A stretch of DNA of 64,000 nucleotides from Lytechinus pictus. Lineage: Eukaryota. The translations under genes were made by a program, and so were the position numbers. The notes beneath the pieces are model-generated. The model was given only the letters and a program-made list of their open reading frames with translations. It did not search any database and was not told the DNA's origin. The stretch lies in assembly GCF_037042905.1 (NCBI RefSeq), contig NC_087262.1:17610001-17674000 (forward strand). Direction: 5' to 3'. Of this stretch, positions 13,301 through 25,300 are shown piece after piece (positions within the stretch are counted from its first letter, which is position 1; every line of letters starts with the position of its first letter).

Positions 13301-16300
13301 ATAGTTTCAGTTGAACATGGTTTTATTTGGAGTATGCCTATCAGGAAACCTACACATAAAGACCCCTTCTCTGGCTGCCAAGCAGTCTTTCTACACAGGT
13401 TTCAGGTTATAAAAAAACACATCACCAGAACAAAATCTTGTGTACCAGTTATTCCATTTTTTTATAAGATTTCCAATGCCTGTTTTATCCTATAACTATT
13501 TCAAAGGATATTTTGTAATAATGGTAATTTGATGCTAAAATTCCAGATCTTGATTTTTTTTTTATTCAAATGATGTGTCTTTTACAGTGAAAATGCTCAT
13601 TAAATGTTTCAATGCAAATGCATGATCCTATTTGTGTGGACTTAATACCACTTCAGCATGTTTATATTTTGTGTGACTATATTTAATTATGAATTTCTTG
13701 AATGAATACAAAATGCAATTCCCTCTTTTACAAGAAGAGTTGAGTTAGTTTGTTAAGTCAATGCATCACCATGCGTTTGTATGATTCATTAATCAAGCAT
13801 TAATCACATGCAATGAGATAATTGCCTATTTTTTATAATAAGAGTATTTTGAGGTATGCATGAATTTTTTCATTCAATCATATATATTTCTTTAATGGTA
13901 ATATAACTTTGAAAATTAAACAAATAAACCAATTAATGAATTTACGCATATCACGTGACTGGTCATGTGATATGATCACATGTTAAACTTGCACATTGTC
14001 ACAACCTCTCAGTGCCCGACTTTTTTTTTGACCTCATCTTTTTCTCATCCATTTTTCTGCTTTCTGTATCTTTGCCATGTGCATTAAAACATTCATGACT
14101 CTTCTAGATGGTACTACGTTCTAATACATATATGCTTTATAGGAGAAAAGATGTGATTTAAATTACATATCTATTTATAACTCATGAATGAAAAGGTCTT
14201 ATCACAAGACCACAAGATTGATGCACATTCAGGTGTCCCTAAAATAACAAATACGAAAACTAAATATCGGAAAATGTAAGTGAAAATGGATAACTAGAAT
14301 TCTATACTAGATTTCCACAAGTAAAGGGTGCAAATATTGGGGGGGGGGGGTCCTAGCTAATAGAGATCATATGGATGTGTTACTACTTCTAAAACAATGT
14401 ATAAAAAAATAGTCCTACTCCGTATCTATGGGAGTTATTTGTGTGTAATACACAGGTAAAGAATTTTAATTCAAATAGCTTCAATCAACATTTTCTGCTA
14501 ATTCTGTTTAAAAGTATCTCCAACAAGAATGAACTATCAATAATTGGTATGCTTTGAATATCACCCCCACTGCCGAAATGCTTTTTAAAATGCCAGATGA
14601 ATGCTTGGGCAACTGGATATCCTCCCAAAATAATTTAATAAAGAAATGTTTTTTTCTTCAAATAAACAAATAAATCCACATACTATCAATGTTACAATGT
14701 ACTAATGAGGAATGGACACTGATGAATGAGTGAGAACTAAATTCTAGATGGAAAATCATAGCAATGACGATAACTAAGCAGCCCAATCTGAGCCCCTACA
14801 GACATGAATAATATATTTTAAATCTAAAACTATCATACACATCAAGAAATGATTATAGAAATTCATGGATCTTCATATTTTCCTTCAGTATATTAAAACT
14901 ACAGTATATAAATCGTAACAGATAACTTGTCAATTTTTTTTCATACAAACTCATATCTCAGTACGCCTTAATACCAACATTCGTACAAATATACGGACAT
15001 GTATGCGCAATGGAAAGGGGGAGGGTTTCTTTTTTTAAGTTTGACCAATTAAAATCAACCTCATTGGGGTTTTTTTTAGAAACAATGGAGAGTGTATGTG
15101 AGTACCTATATCTGGGAATCAGATTCTTACATGTATATCAAATTAGATTCCTTACTTAACCTACATCACAATCGTACAAAGTTCACAACAATAACACACT
15201 TTATCTATCTACAATGTACTATATGTTACACGTCATATATAAGTGAATAATATTTAATATCTTTCTTAGAACTTGTTTGGGTTTTTTCTTTATAATTAAA
15301 AAGAATCATTCTCAGAATTGATATACTATTCTGGAAATGTTGAACAAATTAGGTTACAAGTATTTCAACATTTGTTGATAGTCTTGATAGTGTTGGTAAC
15401 ATAATTTATCATGAATGGTGGGATAAAATACTGAAATAATGGCTAAAACTAATAAATGGGGAGTAAAATAATAAAACATAAATACACATTTTAAAACTGG
15501 AGACAAACTTAAAATATCCACTGCAAATTCGGTAACTTACATCCAACTAAAAGTTTATTGAGAGGCAGTGAATATAAAATTTAAAAAATAAAATAACCAG
15601 AAGAAAAAAAGTAGGTTAGTACACATGTAGCATATAAAATGTGTTAGAAAATACATGCACATACACAATAGATGTGAGATCAGTCAGAGAGTACATCTAA
15701 ATAAGAAAATTAATATAGAATATAAGAAGTACAAATAAAAAGCTTGGGTATTTACGTTTAAAAATTAAACCAAATATCTTGTGAACTTCATCATCAGGCA
15801 ACTACTTTTGTCTCTGTTTTGTTCTTTTTTTTATTTAGACATTTGTGTATGTGTCAGTTACATAATCAATACCTGTTTTTTTTACAAAAACAAAAAAATG
15901 TTCACAAAATTCTATTCTCATTCATTCCTCCATTGTGTGCTATTAACAAGACTTTATGTAACCAATACTACACAAATCAAAAAAGAAAAGCTAATTTTGT
16001 TTTAGTTCATTGTTAGTCTCAGATGCATCACTAACAATACATTTGTAGAACCAGTAAACATCTACAAAACTAAAAACATATGAACATATTTCAGAAAAAT
16101 ACAAGATACATGACAAAGCACCATTGTTAGTAACAAGTCAACAAGTCAAGATAAGTGTTTACATGCCCCCAAACTTATTGAATTCACATTATTTCAAACC
16201 CAAAACCCTCTTGGTTTAATGACCATGGTCCATAAATATGCAGTGAATGAATATATAGGTATGTTCTCATCATTAAATTTTTAAAAAGTATTAAAATATC

Positions 16301-19300
16301 ATTAACCCCTTGACTTCCAGTACCAAGTGGTATGTATCCAAATCCTATGGAAATTCTATAATTTGGTAGTGAACTGGTTAAATCAATAAAATTGTCATGC
16401 TTATATATGCGAATATACGGCAGATGACTTCAAATTTGTATGAAGAAAGTGAATAATGTGAGGAATATGTGTGCAAGGCCAGCATGTAAATAACATTTAT
16501 ATGAAAATGAAATGGTTGCAATGAGATTCGGTGATGATACAGGAGAAATTAAAAATAAATTAAAAAAACAGCCAGAGTAAAATATAAAATGAAATAAATG
16601 AGAAGCCATGAAACCATACAACAAATGGAGCATACAGATAAAAAGTCAGCATATAAAGACACAGTTTCCAGTTTTAATATACTTGCCAAACTTGCCCAAA
16701 ACAGTATATTGTCAATCTATTTCCTCTTGATATATCAAGAATAGTTACCCAATAGTCTCAAATCAACACTACTCAATATTATCAAAACATGTTTATTTCT
16801 ATATAAAGATGAAGGCAATCTATCAGTTGTTCAATTCAAAGTTACACGAAGGGCACATTGGTTGTTGTGTATTGTAGGATTGTATCTTCGATATTTGTCT
16901 TCAAAAAGTTATCGGCTTATTTTTTCATTACCGTTTTTTTTATGTAGACAGATGTTTCAGCTGTATTTTGAAGGAAAAAAATTCATTAACAAGATTTGAG
17001 TTGAAGACTTTGTTGATATATACTCTTTGATGTACCAAGGCCAAGTATCTCTTAGCCTTCAAAACGTCCCTTCCCCAAACATTTTAAAGATGGCCAGTGT
17101 TGCAGTGAGAATTGCAAACAAACTCTAAAAATTAAACGCAACTTTATTGAAGCGTATATGTGATATTTGCGATTGATTTCTTGAGTTGCCCTTATTAAAC
17201 ACGACTCTTTTTGCAATACAACCCTAGAAGCCAAATAGCCTGCAGGGCAAGCTGGGCAAGTAAAATAAAGAGGAAATTGCATCCATGACTTGCAGACACG
17301 TTCCAAGACCGATGCAACAATAAAGCATTTCAACCTACCGGTACTTTCTATACACAGGAGAGAAGTGTGGAGATGGCACACATATTACCGCAGAAATGAG
17401 GGGGGGGGGGCCAAAAGACAAAGCATGATCGTCAAAATAATCTCTGCAAGAGGCATACTCAGACTTTTTCTTTTTAATTCACTCAGTATTCTATGGGATT
17501 GAACGACTAATACACATCAATTTGTGGGTATTCAAAACAACTAGCAGTGTTGCCACATGGGTAGGGGGGGTTCCAATAATCTAGCTCTTGGATCTAATAA
17601 ATCTATCTAATTCTTTGCTTCAATTTTATGTTTAATGACCAAATAATATCTGGGCATAAAGCAAGAGTTGATTCACTAAAGAAATCATAATTTGTTTTAA
17701 TTTCTTACAAAAATCTTTTAAGGATTTTTACATCTGAATTGCAAGCAGCAATCGGTAAAGTTAAACATGCATTTCCGTTTCAAATTGGCAACACTACTAG
17801 GGTTGCATGATTGCAGACAAGAAAACAAATTGAATTTTAAAACTCATTATTTAAATCAAATGAATCTTAAAGGAACTCTTTTTTAAAATCATTTGACGAA
17901 TGACATTCTACACAAGCATGAATTTCCTACATATCCATGCATGGTATTGATAAAGCTAAAGAATACAAACACCTGAATTATAAATATGTGTGTACATCAA
18001 TATTTTTATTTAAAAACTCTAAAGACAGCTTCACGAATGAAATATTGAAAGCAAAGAAAATTCAAAAAGTAAGCAGATGATAGAATATTCTGGATAATGT
18101 ATTCATGAATTTAAAACTAAAATAGTGTCTAAATCTATCCAAAAAATAAGAAATACAAAGAATTAAAATCTAGAAAATCAAAAGCACCTTATATTATATA
18201 TTATAAATATTGAGTTTGATGACATATGTTTGATTTCAAGTCTACATCATGTCTATGCATGTATTTAAATATATTGTTAGTATGCGAATCTACAAATAAA
18301 TACCTCATAATAGCAAAAACTTTAAAATAATCTTGATTAATCAGTTTTATGCTGCAATTTTATTTTCTTTTAGATTCTCTCTATAATTGGAATTATACAT
18401 TTCATAATATATCCTCAATTTACAGGTAAAATATAATCTAGAAAAACCAAAGCAAAAAATAAATTCATAAAATTTGTTTGTACTATTTTGTTCTTTAATC
18501 ACAAATAGCGTCCTCCCTTATTAATGAAATATAAGCATTTCATTGTTTATAAAAAAATAATTTATAGGGGTATTTTATGTATTAAAATCAACTTTACATC
18601 CAAACTTTAAGACATATTTTACATTTATAATGAGACAGTCTTTGTATTAAAAAATATGTCTAACATGGAAACAGTCTGATCCAATGTAAATATCTTTTCT
18701 TATTTAAATTGAGTGAGATGTTTGGTGATGCAAATGATATGCAAAACACTCCAAACCAAAGATGTAAGAAAATAAATGCAGCTGATATGGAATTACATTA
18801 AATGCTTTGCACTTCTAAACACTTTTGAGCTACAAAGCAAATCAATAATGACTTTCTATCAAAATGAATTTTCCCAGATTTTTCTAAAATCATTTGCAGG
18901 CTAATATGTATATTGCAGTGCTGAACTAAGAAATAGAATCACATCTTTTTCAAGAATTCATAAACTGCTTGCACAACCAATAGAAACATGTGCTATAGAA
19001 TTTACATATGTTTCTATGGGATCTGTGTGAACCTAGACCTCTGACGATCTGGTGAAAGAGGGCATTTACATTTGAAGGAATCATCTCATTTCTATTTCAG
19101 GAGACAGGAGGGGTAAGGGAGGGAGAAGGGGTAAGAGTAAGAGGGGGGGGGGGTAAAGAGGATATGGGAGAGGGGTAAGGGACAGAGGTTAAGCAGAAGG
19201 GGTAAGGGAAAGGGGTACAGGAAGAGAAGAGAGGGGTGAGGGGAGAGGTAACTGAGAGGGGTAAGGAATGGGAGCAATAGAGAAAGGTAAGAGAGAAGGG

Positions 19301-22300
19301 GGTACGAGAGGAGGGGATAGGGAGAGGGGTAAGGAAGCGAGGTAAAGCAGAAGGGGTCAGGGAAAGGGGTACGGGAAGAGAGAGAGGGGTGAGGGGAGAG
19401 GTAACAGAGGGGTAAGGAATGGGGGCAATGGAGAAAGGTAAGAGAGGAGGGGGTGAAGGAGGAGGGGAGAGGGAGCGGGGTTAGCATGACGGGTAACGTT
19501 CTTACCTTCATCTTCGGTATCAGACATGAAAGTAACCTGCATAGTCTCTGGAACTTGAACCTTCAATTTCTCTTCGGTCGGCTGTAGAGAAATAAATGTC
19601 ATTATCGAAACTGAAGTGCTTTCTTCAAATCCTTCGTCAACTTCATAGACCATCAGGAATATAATGCAAACTTTTCTTCTTTGCAGTAGGTCCCCTTTTA
19701 ACAAATATAAGCAACTGATCATACATCGTACAGTTGATATTAAGATGACTAGTCCATTACCTGCAACTGCATATCACACACATCATTATACATATAAACC
19801 CTGTGATCAATGGCTAAACTTTTTGCGCCAGGGCACTGTTCCTACAGAAATAAATTTATCCTTGTGTTTTTGGCTTTTTATGACATGAAACATGATTTCC
19901 ATGACTTTTATGAATCATGTTAAAAATCCAACAAATGGGGAACTTCAAATTTTCACAGATGGTGAAGGAATCAAACTTACAGAGATCACAGTGCTTGTTT
20001 CCGTGGTAACGATGGAGAGTGTATTGACAACCGAGATGTAACCAAACCTCTTGGCAATTCCTAAAGCCGTGTAGCCGTTCTAAAAATAAAACAAGAGAAA
20101 AAGAATACTGCTATTAAAAATGGAAATGCAAGAGTGTTAGCATTAGTGTAATGAAATACATGGGAGTATGTCTTCTTTTGCCCAAGTTAACAAAACGTTA
20201 TGTGTGTAGTTTCAGTATCTTCTGAATTTAATTCATAATCACCTTTATTTCGTACAACGTTCATCTCTTTTCTTTCTAAATGAAGACCATTATCACGATT
20301 CTTGAACCCACCTGAAAGTTCCTTGGGAAGTGGGGGGAGGGGGGTATTCACAAAGAGTTACATCAGACCAAAGGTCATGCCAATGAAACACATGATATTC
20401 AATATTTTATACTCTCACTGATGAACTGAATTATAAAGACATGAAGATTACCTTCTTGTCAAGAGAATATTACTGTACAAGTAATGGGAAAGCATGTCAT
20501 TGACATTCCAGTAATGTAACCAAACTCAAATTAGCTGTTTTATCAGGTTCCACTTAATGTTGTAGGATGTTGATGAGATAGAACATTATCAAACAGGTAA
20601 AAAAGGACAAACAGACAAAAAGACAGACAGACAGACATACAAACAGACAAGCAAACTCACATTAGCTGTTTCATTAGGCTCCACTCAATGTTGTAGGATG
20701 TTGATGACATTATCAAACAGTAAAAAAGGACAGAAATACAAACAGACATACAAAACAGACAAACAAACTCACATTAGCTGTTTCATTAGGCTCCACTCAA
20801 TGTTGCAGGATGTTGATGACATTATCAAACAGTAAAAAAGGACAGACATACAAACAGACATACAAAACAGACAAACAAACTCACATTAGCTGTTTCATTA
20901 GGTTCAGCCTTATGTTGTAGGAGAATGTTGATGATAGCAACATGACCTTGCTGTGCACCTTGATGTAATGGAGTCAAACCATGCTGCAATCAAGATAAAA
21001 TGAAATCAAGTTAAACCCATTAACTACTGAACAATCTTGAAGTCTTCATTAATCTGTATTCGCCCCTCAAATTGGCAACAATTGATAATCATTCAACCCA
21101 CTTTCAAAGTCTCAATATAGAATATGGATATAACAAGATTCAAAATGAAGGAAAATAGCAAGATACTATAAGTTGCCAATTGGCACTTGAATAATATTAG
21201 TGATTTTGTTGCTTTCATTGTATTGCTATTGAGGAGAGGATCAAGGTCTTTATTCTAAAATGGCATGACATATTGCACTGAAAATGTTTTTTTTTTCTTT
21301 CCTAATCATATAAACTATGTGTGACTGCAAACATTCCAGATGAAATTAAACTGCAAATATGTTTGCAATTCATTGGTCAAGCCTTACACATGGGTAAGAT
21401 GACAAAAATGAAAGAGGTAGAGAATGAAAACTTTTCTGGGGAAACTGAAAGTTGAAATTAATCTTTCAATGATATTTTTCCATTCCTGGGACACACGAAC
21501 AAGTCTGAACTTTGGCTTTGTAATGTAAGCTTAGCAAATTCTTGGTACATTCGAAACCAAATTTTCTACATTCTTATCTCACTTCATGACCTGCCAAAGC
21601 TGTGATAATATGAGAAAATTACAAGTTTACAAATGAAATAGAAAACAAAGCCAAATCATTTCAGGAAGGTGCAACTTTTATATTTCATGGAATTCTCGCT
21701 ACCCCAAATAGCGCTTTCGCCGAGATCCGGGAAAAATCCTTGTAACGCGCATAGCATTATGGGATAGCTTTTCGGTATTACAACTTCCTGTTCGGAAGTC
21801 CAATGCACTGTTTTGCAATTCAGATCAACAGTGCCGCCATCCACAACAACACAACGTTGCTTTCGCTCGGAAAGTTCGTGATCACAACCCTCACTTTCAC
21901 GATACAGTTTAACGGCCTTTACTGCTAAAGTCACTAATTCTGCCCGACGCTTTCCATTGCACGGTATTCCTCTGTCAGTTAAGATTTGTTTAAGTTCCGA
22001 AACTTATTTTTTATCCATTTTGTGGTCGACGAAAAATTGAACGGAATGAATGCTGTAGTGTATATAATTAGCGTCTAGTCGAATACGATCGTGATGTCAG
22101 GTCGATCGCTAAATGCAAAATTTTAAGATATTCATTTTTCGTTTTATTTTTTTATAACCAAATAAAAACATGAATAAAAATTATTTTCACGTGAAATATA
22201 TTTTGTATTTTTATTTATAATTCAAATGGAATCAAAACTGACCAAATTAAATAAAAAGTATAATCTGTACATATTACGCTGATTGGCGTCGATTTCAGCG

Positions 22301-25300
22301 TGGTGGAAAACTCAGTATCGCGAACCTCGCGCGAGCATGACTCTGAACCGGAAGTGGTGATGACGACCCGACGGAGTGAAAATTATCTCGTCTCGCGCAT
22401 TATGAGATTTTTGTTCCTATTTGGGGTAGCGAGAATTACACAATGCAAATACAAGAAACCGATCATGAAAAACCATGAAAAGCATGATCCATTCCTAGCA
22501 ATTTGTAAAATACAATGAACGTAAATCACAATCTTCAACTGACCTTAGTCTTAGCCTGGACAGCCGAACCATGCTCCAACAGATAGGTGACGGTCTTCAG
22601 GTTGCCATAGTGACAAGCAACATGGAGTGGGGTGTAGCCGGCCTTGGTCTGAGGGTCAATCTGGGAGCCGTTGTCAAGGAGCATAGCGACGGCTTCCAAC
22701 TGGTCTTCTTGTGCAGCAAGATGGAGAGGGGTCAGTCCGTTCTGGAAGAAAGAATTATCAAAGGTTATGTAACCTGTGGGATTTCATGCTATTCTATACA
22801 TAATTGCCGAGGGAACTTGAGTTTGAAACGAAGAAAAATTCACTAAAAATTTGATGTATTCTGAATTAGGGACCAAGATGGACCACAACAAACTCCAGCA
22901 AGTCCAGCACTGATAAATGTCATATTCTTCAAGTTTTTAAAGTATGGATATGTGGGGCTACAGAATCCTAATTTTATTTTGAAGATAAATCAGTAGAGGT
23001 GCCAGAATACTGTGATGAGTCAAAGGTTAGGAGTGGCCAGCCATTGCATGCAAACAATGACACTCCATCCCCAACTCTTTGTCTGAACAAGAGTTTTCAG
23101 CATCAAAAGCACCACAATAACACAAGCGATGAGAACTCAGAATTGCAGAACAGCTACGAAGCTCTGCCCTACATACCTTGGATACGACGTGTTTCAGCAC
23201 CACTATAAAACAACACAAAGCGATGAGAACTCAAAAGCTGCAGAACAGCAACGGAGCTCTGCCCTACATACCTTGGATACGATGTGTTTCAGCACCACTA
23301 TAAAACAACACAAAGCGATGAGAACTCAAAAGCTGCAGAACAGCTACGGAGCTCTGCCCTACATACCTTGGATACGATGTGTTTCAGCACCACTATAAAA
23401 CAACACAAAGCGATGAGAACTCAAAAGCTGCAGGACAGCTACAGAGCTCTCTCCTACATACCTTGGATATGATGTGTTTCAGCACCACTATAAAATAACA
23501 CAAAGCGGTGAGAACTCAGAACTGCTGGGGCCTGTTTCATAAAGGACTTACAACTGTTGTATCTTTGCCATAATGGCAAATACCATGGTAGCAGGGCTCA
23601 GCAGCCAATCAGAATCAAGGTGACCATGGTAGTTGCCATAATGGTAGTTACAACAGTTGTAAGTCCTTAATGAAACGGGCCCCAGAACATCTACGGAGCT
23701 CTGTCCTACATACCTTAGACATGATGTTTGGCTTGGCACCTCGCTCCAGGAGCAGAGCAAGCATCTCAGTATGACCCTCTTGAGCTGCAAGGTGGATAGG
23801 ACTGATGCCTTGCTTGGTCATGGCATTGGAATCGGCACCGTACTCCAGGAGTGTGGTGGCGACGTCCATCTGGTTCTTCTTCGCAGCGATGTGGAGAGGA
23901 GTGAATCCATTCTATATGGCGAGAGGGAGAATTGAGCTTGATAATAATGGTCTTTTAGGGACATTATTCCACTTTCTTGTGGCTCTATATCTTGTCTAAA
24001 CCAGAATGATGTTTCAATAAGCTGTTTTTTATATTTACAATTCAATTTATTCATTAGGTAAAAAATCACATGAGTAGATATACATTGTAAAATGTGAGGA
24101 TCAAACACCCTAGGAATGCCAGAGGCTTTTGATAAGTAATGTATGACTGATGACCCGCTCTTGTGTGAAAAATCTAATTCTCAATCATTTCTCTTCTAAT
24201 CACCTCACGTTGAAGTCCAATCTTCATAGATTTTTTGGAAACTCTAATAAGAAGCATCTGAATTTAAAGCTTATATGTCAGAATTTCATTGGGATATAGG
24301 ATATGCACTTTTCCTGAATGTACAGTGGATAGGAAATAATTCCATCATGCATGGTAACAAAAGACTAGGTTGCGTGGGGAAAGGTAAGTGCTTAAGGGGC
24401 TAGATCAGTGATGGCTTCCAAGGCTTCTTGATTCAGGTAGTCTCCTTTCAGGGATTTTTTGCAAGTGATACTTTGAATCATAGTAATGAGTAGCCATTCG
24501 ATAAGATGATATAGGTAAGTATGCCGCTGTGTAGTACCACTAAATAAACTTCTACAGAAAGATTAGAGTACGAAGTCAGGTAAAAAAAATATTTTTCATT
24601 TTGGGAAATACTTGGGAGTGGAAGAAAGTAGTAATTTCTTGGGGAAATTTCAAGAGAGTTGGCAGGTCTTTCTTACCTTAGCAGTCTTGTGTGGAGAGGC
24701 ACCCTGGTCCAAAAGCAGCATAGCAACCTTAACATTGTCATAGTGAGCAGCAATGTGTAGAGGAGTCAAACCATTCTATTAAAAAAAAGAAGAAATATAA
24801 CCATAAAGTCATTTAAACATTCACATCCATATTTTCATAGTATAGTAGATCAATGCCAATGTTCCACATATTAAACACTGATGTGCCCTCCTTCCTTTAA
24901 AAACAAAAGTAGCTTGATACACAGCATTTATATATGAGAAGGATAACATTAGCATGTACTGTTATGTATGGACCGCTGGTAGAACAATTACATTAATAAA
25001 GTGACGAGCCTGGGTACATAAAACAGTATTGTCATCACTGATTGTAATTCTGGTATATCAACTGATTTTGACGAATGACCAACAACTCACCTGAGCAGTA
25101 GCATCAGGACTAGCATAGCGACTGAGGAGAAGCTGAGCGACATCATAACGGCCGTACTTAGCAGCTACATGAAGAGGAGTGAAGTCTTTCTGCAAGGGGG
25201 GGGGGGCATTAATACAACAATTAATACAATAATATGGGGGCATCTTGGTCTAGTGGTAAAAACTCCTGTCTTTCTATCTGAGGGACGTGGGTTTGATTCC

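Noticed and set aside
14410..15165. Further AG-(5-7 nt)-GT microexon-like strings near 14420, 15106 and 15156
   Set aside because: Frame-shifting length or poor pyrimidine tract and donor
23095..23525. CRISPR-like appearance
   Set aside because: Whole units repeat with no unique spacers, no cas genes, eukaryotic intron
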